Assembly: GCA_016218045.1 (NCBI GenBank)
Contig: JACRFB010000010.1
Location: 8,101-72,100, forward strand
Source: Ignavibacteriota bacterium
GTDB lineage: Bacteria; Bacteroidota; Ignavibacteria; SZUA-365
DNA: 64,000 nt
Direction of reading: 5' to 3'
The position numbers and the translations under genes are program-made. This document shows, piece by piece, positions 17,441 through 27,083 of this stretch (position 1 is the stretch's first letter; each line of letters begins with the position of its first letter). The notes under the pieces were generated by a model, which searched no databases, was not told where the DNA came from, and saw nothing but the letters and a program-made list of their open reading frames with translations.

Positions 17441-18996
17441 GCGGCCACCCCCCCGCGCCTGGCTTCGAAGTACCCACGCGCTACGGCGCGGTCGTCGAAG
17501 TCCAGCCGCTTCCTGCCAACAAGCTGATATGTCTCGTGCCCCTTTCCCGCGATCAGGACGATATCACCCGGGCGGGCGAGTCGCAGGGCACGCTCGATGG
17601 CAGCGCGGCGCCGCGGCCTGCGCTCGACGGCGGCGTCGGGTCTCACACCTTCGAGTATGTCGTTGATAATGGCTTCGGGATCTTCGCTTCGCGGATTGTC
17701 TGATGTCACAATGGTGAGGTCCGCCACACGCGAGGCCACTGCACCCATGAGCGGACGTTTGGCCTGGTCGCGATCTCCACCGCAGCCGAATACCACGATC
17801 AGTCGTCCATCCGGCCCGAGCAGCGCGCGCGCCGCGAGCGCCGCCTTTTCGAGGGCGTCCGGAGTATGCGAATAGTCCACCACCGCGGTGACGCCGTCGG
17901 CCGACACGATGCGCTCGAAGCGTCCGGGCACAGCGCTAACTGCGCGCAGGCCGCGCACAATGACACGATCCTCGATACCCAGAATCGAAGCAGCGGCATA
18001 GACTCCCGCGAGGTTCCACGCGTTGAATCCTCCCGCGAGCGCCGATGTGATGCGCGTCTCGCCGCCCTCATGCCGCAGGGTGAAGCGCGTCCCCGCGCTG
18101 CCGGCCTGCAAGTCCATGATACGATGTGTCGCGCGTGCGGCCTGGCCGAAACTTGCGCGGCGGCGGCGGAATCCGGAGGCCATGGCACGCCACGCGGGAT
18201 CGTCGATGTTGAAGGCGGCGCCGAGCCGCGTATGACGGCGGAAGAGCAGCGCCTTCGCATCGCGATACGCTTCCATCGAGCCGTGAAAATCGAGATGATC
18301 CTGCGTGAAGTTCGTGAACAGCGTGGTGTCGAAGACCATGCCCTCGACGCGCCGCAGAGCGAGTGCGTGCGACGACACTTCCATCACCGCCGATGTGCAG
18401 CCGGCGGCAACCATGTGCGCAAGCAGTCGGTGTAATTCCTCGGCGGGCGGGGTCGTAAAGGACGCGGGCACGACATCCTTTCCGATCACAGAGGCGATCG
18501 TCCCGATCAGACCCGTCTTTTCCCCGCTCCGCTCGAGGACCGACTTCATGAGATAACTGCTCGTCGTTTTTCCATTCGTGCCCGTGATGCCGACAAGCCG
18601 GAGCTTTGCCGCGGGCGAGCCGTAATACCTGTCGGCGAGCAGGCCCACGGCCTCGCGCGTGTCACGTACCACGAGCACGGTCGTGGTATTGTGCTGCACA
18701 TACGAGGCGCTGAGCAGTTCGTGCAGTCCGTCGCTGTACTGCTGTTCCTGCACGACGATGACACTCGCGCCCTGCTCGATCGCGCGCTGCACAAATTGAT
18801 GTCCGTCGACGTGTTCACCCTCGGTCGCGACAAACATCCAGCGGTCCGACACGCGCCGCGAATCGGTGGTGATGCCCGCGACCTCGGCGTCGAACGGACC
18901 ATACATCTGCGACACAGGCACCCCATGCAGCAGCGACGAAAGCCGCACCGCTGTTGCGCGGCGTGTGCGATCGATCGAGAGCTGGCTGAAGTTCAT
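17437..18996 (-). CDS. murE: UDP-N-acetylmuramoyl-L-alanyl-D-glutamate--2,6-diaminopimelate ligase MurE
   Basis: ITGTNGKTTSSYL P-loop; a DNPR motif (SDNPRSEDP) that I take to indicate meso-DAP specificity. The start is taken at ATG 18996 (MNFSQLSID), 5 nt from the ftsI stop. Confidence 0.88.
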   Translation of the reverse strand: MNFSQLSIDRTRRATAVRLSSLLHGVPVSQMYGPFDAEVAGITTDSRRVSDRWMFVATEGEHVDGHQFVQRAIEQGASVIVVQEQQYSDGLHELLSASYVQHNTTTVLVVRDTREAVGLLADRYYGSPAAKLRLVGITGTNGKTTSSYLMKSVLERSGEKTGLIGTIASVIGKDVVPASFTTPPAEELHRLLAHMVAAGCTSAVMEVSSHALALRRVEGMVFDTTLFTNFTQDHLDFHGSMEAYRDAKALLFRRHTRLGAAFNIDDPAWRAMASGFRRRRASFGQAARATHRIMDLQAGSAGTRFTLRHEGGETRITSALAGGFNAWNLAGVYAAASILGIEDRVIVRGLRAVSAVPGRFERIVSADGVTAVVDYSHTPDALEKAALAARALLGPDGRLIVVFGCGGDRDQAKRPLMGAVASRVADLTIVTSDNPRSEDPEAIINDILEGVRPDAAVERRPRRRAAIERALRLARPGDIVLIAGKGHETYQLVGRKRLDFDDRAVARGYFEARRGGVAA

Positions 18997-19000
18997 CGTG

Positions 19001-21178
19001 TCAGTACGGGTTGGCGGTGAGAAAATGACGGAGGCCGGCCGACAGGGTGACACGCAGCCCGCGCGGCACAACGGTGCCGGCCCGCGGGATCTGGTCCACT
19101 ATCACACCGCTGCCCATGGGACTCGGCACAAGACCCGCAGCACGCGCGCGCGCGCTGGCCTGCCTGATGCTCAGACCGGTGAAATCCGGTATGGTCACCA
19201 TGGCGTCGTTTGCGCCCCGCTCACCGAGCGTGACACGTACCACCGATCCGGGTACCACGGATGCACGAGCGGACGGGTTCTGCGACACGATGGTCGTTCC
19301 GCTGCCCGACGATTCCATCTTGAATCCGTGTGAACGGAGCAGTGCGCCGGCGACGGACGGATGCATGCCCGCGAGATCCGGCACGGGACGCGGTGCGCCC
19401 TCTTCGGCCAGCAGCAGCGGCTCGGGACGCTTCGCGAACTCGGGTGTGCTATTGATGATCCGGAGGGCTATCTCACGAAAAATTGGCGCGGCAACCAGGC
19501 CGCCGTAATACCCGTTCCGCGGTTCGTCCAGAATCACAAGAATCAGGATTTTCGGATCTTCTACTGGGAAAAATCCGACAAACGAAGCCACGTGTGAACT
19601 GCTCGAATAGGTGGATCCCACGATACGTTGTGAGGTGCCCGTCTTCCCGCCGATCGACATGCCTTCGATACGCGCGAGCCGCGCCGTGCCGCTGTCGACA
19701 ACGCCCTGCATGAATCCGCGCATCGTTGCGGCTGTCTCGCTCGAAACCACCCGCCGTATCGCCATCGGCACGGTTTCGTCCACGATGTTCCGGTTTTCAT
19801 CCAGCAACCAGCGCCGCAGGAACGGCCGCATCAGGACGCCGTCGTTCGCGATGGCGGCGTAAGCGCAGGCGATCTGCAGGGCCGTGACCGAGAGACCGTA
19901 CCCGAAGGCGAGGTACTTCAGCGTGATGCCGTCCCATTCCGTCGGCTTGCGCAGTTCGCCGCGCACTTCACCCGGCGCCTCGATTCCGGTGCGGATACCG
20001 AAACCATAATTGCGCGCGTACTTGTAAAACCGTTCCGCACCGAGCTTCTCCGCGAGTTTGGCCGAAATGATGTTCGACGACTTGATGAAAGCGCTTCGCA
20101 GCGACAGGCGGTCGGCGGGATGATCGTCGCGGATCGGCTTCTGGCTGGCGCTGTAATGCCACTCCCCGTGTTCCGCGCCTAATACATCGTTGGGCGCGAA
20201 GATCCCCTCGTTCAACGCCGCGCTCATCGCGACAAGTTTGAACGTGGAACCGGGCTCGTACACATCGGTGATGATGCGATTCTTCGATGCCGCGATTTCC
20301 TCGGCCGAATACTCACCGAGCCGGTTGGGATTCACGCTCGGCCAGTTGGCGAGCGCGAGGATCTCGCCCGTGCGCGGCTGCAGAATGATGCAGCGACCGG
20401 AGCTGGCATCCGAGGTGTCGATACCGCGCTGAAGTTCCTCTTCCGCGATGGCCTGGTACGACTGGTCCAGCGTCAACACGACGCTGCGCCCATTCACCGG
20501 ATCCTTGTGTGGATAGTCGACCTCGGGCCGACGGCGCCCGTTTGCATCGCGCTGATAGACGATGAATCCGGGCTTGCCCGCCAGCTCTTCGTTCATGCCC
20601 AACTCGATGCCGGACTGTCCGAGGTTCTCGCTGTTGGTGTGCCCGATCAGCGCCCCGGCAAGACCGTCGAAATTGTAATGCCTCCGCGGGGCCGGGCGCA
20701 TGCGCACGCCGTAACACTTCCATGATCCGAAACGCGCGAACACCTCGGGACCGAGCCGCTTCTCGAGCACGACGTATCTGCGCGTCGTGTCGGACAGTTT
20801 CCGGAGATAGACCGACGCGCGCGCATCGGGCACTATCCGCGCGAGGAATGCCGCCACCGTGTCGGGCCTGTCGATCACGCTCGGATCGGCGGCGAGGGTG
20901 TATTCAATCAGGTTCGAGGCCAGTATCGACAGGTTCCTGTCGAGAATGAGTCCGCGTATCGGTGTGATGCTCTCGCGGCTCTGGTACTGTTCCAGTGCTA
21001 TCTCGCGCAGTTTGTCGCTGTCGCGGATCTGAATCAGCGCAAGCTTCACCACAACCGCCGCGAAGCCCGCCATGAGGACGATAAACAGCCCGTACATCCT
21101 CCGAACGCTCTGCTGGCGCTGGAGCACGCGAACGACTTCGTTGCGTCCCGGACCGGTTTCGAACGACTCGACGGGCAT
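19001..21178 (-). CDS. ftsI: Peptidoglycan D,D-transpeptidase FtsI (class B PBP, PBP3-like)
   Basis: N-terminal TM, PBP dimerisation domain, transpeptidase motifs STFK (EPGSTFKLV), SSN (KSSNII), KTG (GKTGTSQ). Confidence 0.85.
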   Translation of the reverse strand: MPVESFETGPGRNEVVRVLQRQQSVRRMYGLFIVLMAGFAAVVVKLALIQIRDSDKLREIALEQYQSRESITPIRGLILDRNLSILASNLIEYTLAADPSVIDRPDTVAAFLARIVPDARASVYLRKLSDTTRRYVVLEKRLGPEVFARFGSWKCYGVRMRPAPRRHYNFDGLAGALIGHTNSENLGQSGIELGMNEELAGKPGFIVYQRDANGRRRPEVDYPHKDPVNGRSVVLTLDQSYQAIAEEELQRGIDTSDASSGRCIILQPRTGEILALANWPSVNPNRLGEYSAEEIAASKNRIITDVYEPGSTFKLVAMSAALNEGIFAPNDVLGAEHGEWHYSASQKPIRDDHPADRLSLRSAFIKSSNIISAKLAEKLGAERFYKYARNYGFGIRTGIEAPGEVRGELRKPTEWDGITLKYLAFGYGLSVTALQIACAYAAIANDGVLMRPFLRRWLLDENRNIVDETVPMAIRRVVSSETAATMRGFMQGVVDSGTARLARIEGMSIGGKTGTSQRIVGSTYSSSSHVASFVGFFPVEDPKILILVILDEPRNGYYGGLVAAPIFREIALRIINSTPEFAKRPEPLLLAEEGAPRPVPDLAGMHPSVAGALLRSHGFKMESSGSGTTIVSQNPSARASVVPGSVVRVTLGERGANDAMVTIPDFTGLSIRQASARARAAGLVPSPMGSGVIVDQIPRAGTVVPRGLRVTLSAGLRHFLTANPY

Positions 21179-21182
21179 GTGT

Positions 21183-21620
21183 TTACTTTTCCTCCTCCAC
21201 CTTCGGAAGACCGAACACGATCAGCGAATACGGCTGCTGCTGCGAGTGTACGAGCTGCAATTCGTTGACGGCGATCTTCTGCACACGCGTGGAGCTGGAC
21301 AGATAATTGATCTCGGCGCGGAGCGATTCGCGCTGCTGCAGGAGCAGTCCCATCTCACGATCGGCCGTTGTGATCGAGCGCATGAGGTTGTCGACCATCA
21401 CCGTGTTTGCGATGTAGGCGGTGACCACGATCGCTGAAATGGCAAGGAGCAGCACGATGTTCAGCGTGGTCAGTTCACGGTGCCGCGCCGCCTGTCTCGG
21501 CGTGTGGACAAAGTCGTCCACCGGCCGCCCGGCGGTGAATGAGGCCGCGCTGCTACGCGTGGATTTTCTGTCCCGCTCGAAGACGGGCACTGCGCGATCT
21601 TGGATTTCTGCGTATCTCAT
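21183..21620 (-). CDS. ftsL: FtsL-like cell division protein (bitopic, coiled coil)
   Basis: Single TM (LNIVLLLAISAIVVTAYIA) followed by a leucine-zipper-like coiled coil, in the canonical rsmH-ftsL-ftsI position. The start is uncertain: ATG 21620 overlaps rsmH by 68 nt, and an in-frame GTG at 21590 is an alternative. Confidence 0.6.
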   Translation of the reverse strand: MRYAEIQDRAVPVFERDRKSTRSSAASFTAGRPVDDFVHTPRQAARHRELTTLNIVLLLAISAIVVTAYIANTVMVDNLMRSITTADREMGLLLQQRESLRAEINYLSSSTRVQKIAVNELQLVHSQQQPYSLIVFGLPKVEEEK

Positions 21621-22497
21621 CGTCGTCCGGTACTTTCGGTGAATGCGTGAGCACTTTCATGCGTGGAATGGTTCCGCACACGCAGATGGGAGTGCGCGGC
21701 GGACAGACGCAGTCGACGCTCTGCCTGCGGAGGAAGAGCTTGACCATGCGGTCTTCGAGGGAGTGATAGGAGATGACCACGAGGCGCCCGGCATCTCCCA
21801 GCGCGTTGAGCGACGCGTCGAGAATAGTTTCGAGCACGCGCAGCTCGTCGTTGACGGCGATGCGCAGCGCCTGGAAAATCCGCGCCAGCGTCTTGGATGT
21901 GTGCGGACCCGGGGCGGCCGCACGCACAACGGCCGCGAGATCGTTGGTCGTGAGTATCGGCGCCTTTGTGCGGGCACGTATGATGGCATCCGCGATCCTT
22001 CTGCTGCGGCGCTCTTCCCCGTAGGTGAAGAAGATGCGCTGCAGCTCGTCCTTGTCGGCATGTGCGAGAAGGTCGGCGGCGCCAGGGATGCCCTCGGAAC
22101 GGTCCATCCGCATGTCGAGAGGCCCGTCATGCTGGAAACTGAAGCCGCGCTCCGGGGCGTCGATCTGCCGCGAGGACATGCCGAGGTCCAGAAGAATGCC
22201 ATTCACTGCTGTGAGATTGAGGTTTTCGAGGACAGACTGGAGATGCACAGTGTTGCTGCGCACAAACAAAAAGCGTGAGTCGTGCGCAAGACGTCGCGAG
22301 GCGTGGACTATTGCGTCCGCATCCTGATCGAGGCCGACAAGCCGGCCCCCCGCATCGAGACGTTCAAGGATACGCTCGCTGTGCCCTCCACCGCCGAGCG
22401 TCCCGTCCACATACGTTCCTGCCGCATCGGTGACCAATAACTCCACCGCAGATTCGAGCAGGACCGGTATGTGATAGTCTGTCGGGTCATGTGTCAA
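21553..22497 (-). CDS. rsmH: 16S rRNA (cytosine1402-N4)-methyltransferase RsmH (MraW)
   Basis: N-terminal HIPVLL...DGTLGGGGHS SAM-binding motif; ATGA overlap with the mraZ stop. Confidence 0.9.
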   Translation of the reverse strand: MTHDPTDYHIPVLLESAVELLVTDAAGTYVDGTLGGGGHSERILERLDAGGRLVGLDQDADAIVHASRRLAHDSRFLFVRSNTVHLQSVLENLNLTAVNGILLDLGMSSRQIDAPERGFSFQHDGPLDMRMDRSEGIPGAADLLAHADKDELQRIFFTYGEERRSRRIADAIIRARTKAPILTTNDLAAVVRAAAPGPHTSKTLARIFQALRIAVNDELRVLETILDASLNALGDAGRLVVISYHSLEDRMVKLFLRRQSVDCVCPPRTPICVCGTIPRMKVLTHSPKVPDDDEIRRNPRSRSARLRAGQKIHA

Positions 22498-22955
22498 AGC
22501 GTGGTGCCTCCGAGAATGGCCGCCGAGATGTCACCAAAACTCCGCGCGTTCTCCGGCTTCGACTTGTACTCCTCATACACCGCCGGATCCCAGATCTCGA
22601 TCTTGTCGAAGGCACCCGAGACGCGTATCGTGCTTCGCAGCGACAACTGCGCGTACTCGATGTGTTTCGACGGAATCATGATCCGGTACTGGCTGTCGAG
22701 CGACACTTCCTCGAGCCCTTCCTGGAGAATGCGGATCAGCAAACGATGCTCGGCGTTGTGTTCGTTGAGCGCTTCGTATTCCTGTTCCTTCTTCTCCCAA
22801 TTGTCGAGGGGATGGAGGTAGAGGCATTTCTCATGGCCCGGGATGATGATGAAGCGATCGGCGGTCGCGGCGAGGTTCTGCCGAAGTTTCTTCGGAAAAA
22901 CGAAGCGCCCCTTCTCGTCGAGAGTGCTTTCATATGTGCCGCGAAATTTCACCAT
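22494..22955 (-). CDS. mraZ: Transcriptional regulator MraZ
   Basis: Two tandem MraZ/SpoVT-AbrB-like halves (FRGTYESTLDEKGRFVFP ... YRIMIPSKH). The start is taken at ATG 22955 (MVKFRG); the track ORF has a 19-aa 5' extension. Confidence 0.85.
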   Translation of the reverse strand: MVKFRGTYESTLDEKGRFVFPKKLRQNLAATADRFIIIPGHEKCLYLHPLDNWEKKEQEYEALNEHNAEHRLLIRILQEGLEEVSLDSQYRIMIPSKHIEYAQLSLRSTIRVSGAFDKIEIWDPAVYEEYKSKPENARSFGDISAAILGGTTL

Positions 22956-22988
22956 CTGGGAGATTGCTCTACTATTCTCCAAATCCAA

Positions 22989-23027
22989 CCACTTTGCGCC
23001 ACTATGGCCCACTTTCCTCCAAAAATA
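22989..23027 (-). promoter_or_regulatory. Putative dcw (Pmra) promoter -7 element plus a triple direct-repeat MraZ-box operator
   Basis: On the minus strand TATTTTTG (TAnnTTTG-type -7 motif, 23020-23027) is immediately followed by AAAGTGG-N3-ATAGTGG-N3-AAAGTGG (repeat starts exactly 10 bp apart, 22989-23015), 34-58 nt upstream of the mraZ start. It sits in a locally AT-rich spacer. Confidence 0.45.
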
Positions 23028-23307
23028 TACATTCGGAGCACAGAGTCAAGCATCAAGTTTTTTTTTCGGAAATATTTTTCAGATGCCCCTTTTTATTGAA
23101 AAAAGGGCAGTATTCCGCCAACGGATCGGATCGGATCCGGGCCCGGAGTTATACTTTTGCCGCGATTGCGGGTGCAGTTATTCCGCGGCGCGGGATCGGG
23201 CTCCGAAAGCGCCATTCCCCCACTTTCACCCACGCGGCTTCAGGACGCGCTGAGGAAGCCGACGCGAAAATAAAACGATATGGTTATCCGCTATAGCGGA
23301 TGGCTTC

Positions 23308-24420
23308 TCAGTACAGCCGGTCCCGGATTTCGCTCGCTGAATCGGGCAGGGCGATGCGTGTGTACTTCGAGAAATACTCAAGCACGGCGTCGACGAGAAT
23401 GCCCGGAGTTTCCCGCAGCGGATCGGCCGACGGCAGACCTGTCTCGGCCTTGATGCGCTCGTTGACGAGGCGCAATTCCTCGCGGTGCAGATCGATGGAG
23501 TTGAGGCCGACGGCGGCCACACGCGCCGGCTTGAATACGCCGATGAGAGATTCGTGCAGGGAGATGGACGAGGAGAGGGATGGAAGCGGTAGTCCGTACC
23601 CGTCCACCTCGCGGGAGGGCTGATGGCAGAGGATCATGGCGTCGGGCATGACGCCGTGCAGCAGGCCCATGGCAATCGCCGAACTGCCGCAATTTGTGAT
23701 GGCACTCTGTCCCTCGACGAGTATGTATTCGTACCCTTCGTCTATCGCGCGGTCCACTTCGAACTCGAGCGCGCCCTCGAGAAAATCGCTTGTTACTGCT
23801 TCAACCGCAATGCCGCGGCCGCTGATGAGGATGCCTGTCGGACCCGTGCCAATCAACGTGCTGTTGATCCCGCGCTTCTGCATCTCGCGGTGCATGAGCA
23901 GCGCAGTTGTCATCTTGCCCGTGTTGGAATCGGTGCCCACCGTGAGGATGGTTTTTGCCGTGCGCCTGCGCCAGCTCCCCTGCGCGCGGATCTGATGACT
24001 GTTGGATACCGACAGCATGTCGAACATCAACGCGTTGTTCATGCGTGCGATGCCGGCGAGTTCGGGATCCTGCGACAATGTCGCCTTCATGCCGCTGATG
24101 ATGTGCAGTCCGGCCGCGGCGGCCTCGCGCGTGATGCGCCTCCATGATTCCGGGAGCTGACCGCCGAGCGGCGTGATGCCGATGAGAAGCGAATCGGGAT
24201 TATAGGCGAGCGCTTCCTCGATGGAATGCACAATGGGCGTGTCACCTCCAAAACCCACGGCCTCGTTCGCCGTGCCGCGCTCCTTTGTGCTGTCGATCAC
24301 GGCCACCACCCGTTCGGGGATATACAGCAGCGATGCGATCACCATACGCGCGCCGATCGAACTCAGACGGCCTTCCGCGAGAAGCACCATCCGTTCCGCG
24401 TGGTGTTGCAGCATGACCAT
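23308..24420 (-). CDS. DUF1611-family protein (Rossmann-like N-domain plus C-domain; predicted nucleotide-binding)
   Basis: Sequence memory only: resembles DUF1611 proteins (TVGTDSNTGKMTTALLM P-loop-like segment). The start is taken at ATG 24420 (MVMLQHH), 5 nt after the purA stop; the track ORF extends to 24576. Confidence 0.5.
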   Translation of the reverse strand: MVMLQHHAERMVLLAEGRLSSIGARMVIASLLYIPERVVAVIDSTKERGTANEAVGFGGDTPIVHSIEEALAYNPDSLLIGITPLGGQLPESWRRITREAAAAGLHIISGMKATLSQDPELAGIARMNNALMFDMLSVSNSHQIRAQGSWRRRTAKTILTVGTDSNTGKMTTALLMHREMQKRGINSTLIGTGPTGILISGRGIAVEAVTSDFLEGALEFEVDRAIDEGYEYILVEGQSAITNCGSSAIAMGLLHGVMPDAMILCHQPSREVDGYGLPLPSLSSSISLHESLIGVFKPARVAAVGLNSIDLHREELRLVNERIKAETGLPSADPLRETPGILVDAVLEYFSKYTRIALPDSASEIRDRLY

Positions 24421-24425
24421 GGGCG

Positions 24426-25763
<1,338 letters not shown>

Positions 25764-26102
25764 TCAGGCGAACGCGGCCAGCGCCTCGTCAACGCTCGGG
25801 AAAATGCGAAAAACGTTGTTCAATTTGGCGATGGTCAACAGCGAGCGGATGTTCTCGTTGGGTCCCGCGAGGCACAACTCACCGCCCGCGCTGCGCAGCG
25901 ATGTGTAACTGCCGATCAGCAGGCCAAGACCCGAGCTGTTCATGAGCTTTACACGCGAGAGATCCACAACCGCCTTTTTTCCGCCGCCGTCGATAAGGCG
26001 CTGCAATTCGGCCTTGAGGGCTGTCGCTTCAGGGCCGCCGAGCACGGCGCCGTCGAGCGCAAACACAGCGACGCCCTGGTTCTGCGTCAATGCGAATTCC
26101 AT
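25764..26102 (-). CDS. STAS-domain protein (SpoIIAA-like anti-sigma-factor antagonist)
   Basis: 112 aa; typical STAS topology with a conserved Ser in NSSGLGLL; 16 nt downstream of secF. Confidence 0.7.
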   Translation of the reverse strand: MEFALTQNQGVAVFALDGAVLGGPEATALKAELQRLIDGGGKKAVVDLSRVKLMNSSGLGLLIGSYTSLRSAGGELCLAGPNENIRSLLTIAKLNNVFRIFPSVDEALAAFA

Positions 26103-26117
26103 GGCTCCCGTCCGGGA

Positions 26118-27035
26118 TTAGAACGTGATTTTGGATTTCCTGTAAGTGACCCAGTCGAGCGTCATGGCGCTGGCGACAAACACGCTGGAATACGTGCCGG
26201 TGATGACGCCGATAGTCATGGCATAGGCAAAGCCACGCGTCGGCTCGCCGCCAAAAAGCAGCAACGCAATCATCGTCAGAATGGTCGTGCCGCCGGTCAA
26301 AATGGTGCGGCTCATGGTCTTGTTGACGCTCTTGTTCATCGTCTCTTCGAAGTCGGCCGTCTTGAAAAGCTTCATGTTCTCACGCACGCGGTCGAACACG
26401 ATCACGGTATCGTTGATCGAATAGCCGATGAGTGTCAGGAACGCGGCGACCATGGCCTGATCGAACTCGAGGTTGAGTCCGGGAATCAGACCCGTGCTGA
26501 GCGACACAACGCCGAGAGTCAGAAGCACGTCGTGGAAGAGGGCGACAACCGCACCGATTCCAAACACGAACTTGAAGCGGAAGGCGATGTAGAGCAGGAT
26601 GCCCACAAGAGCCGCAAAAATCGCGATGACCGCGTCCTGCCGCATCTCCGATCCGATCTTTGCCTCGACACGGTTCTCCTGCAGGAGCACCATCTTGTTG
26701 TCGAAGTTTTTGTTCATCAGATCCTTCACTTCGTTCGAAATCTTTCCGCCGACGCCGAGCTGCTGCGTGCGGATGATGTAATCCGTGTCCTTGCCGAACG
26801 ATTTGATTTCGAAGGTGCCGACGTTGGCGCCCGCGAGCATGCTGCGCAATTCGCCGATTTCCACCGCGCGCGGGAAGCGGAAGACAAGTTCCGTTCCGCC
26901 CGTGAAATCAAGACCGAAGGCGAGACCGCGCACGAGAATCGAGATGAATCCCGCGAGAATAATGACGCCCGAAAGCATGTACATCAGCTTTCGTTTGCCC
27001 ATGAAGTTGACGTTTAAATCATGCAGGATGCGCAT
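26118..27035 (-). CDS. secF: Protein-export membrane protein SecF
   Basis: SecD/SecF family motifs (GLDFTGGT, RTILTGGTT); adjacent to secD. Confidence 0.9.
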   Translation of the reverse strand: MRILHDLNVNFMGKRKLMYMLSGVIILAGFISILVRGLAFGLDFTGGTELVFRFPRAVEIGELRSMLAGANVGTFEIKSFGKDTDYIIRTQQLGVGGKISNEVKDLMNKNFDNKMVLLQENRVEAKIGSEMRQDAVIAIFAALVGILLYIAFRFKFVFGIGAVVALFHDVLLTLGVVSLSTGLIPGLNLEFDQAMVAAFLTLIGYSINDTVIVFDRVRENMKLFKTADFEETMNKSVNKTMSRTILTGGTTILTMIALLLFGGEPTRGFAYAMTIGVITGTYSSVFVASAMTLDWVTYRKSKITF

Positions 27036-27083
27036 TGGACCGTGTATCTCCTGAGGCGGTTGGTCTGTGGGTGCGGAAAGAAA

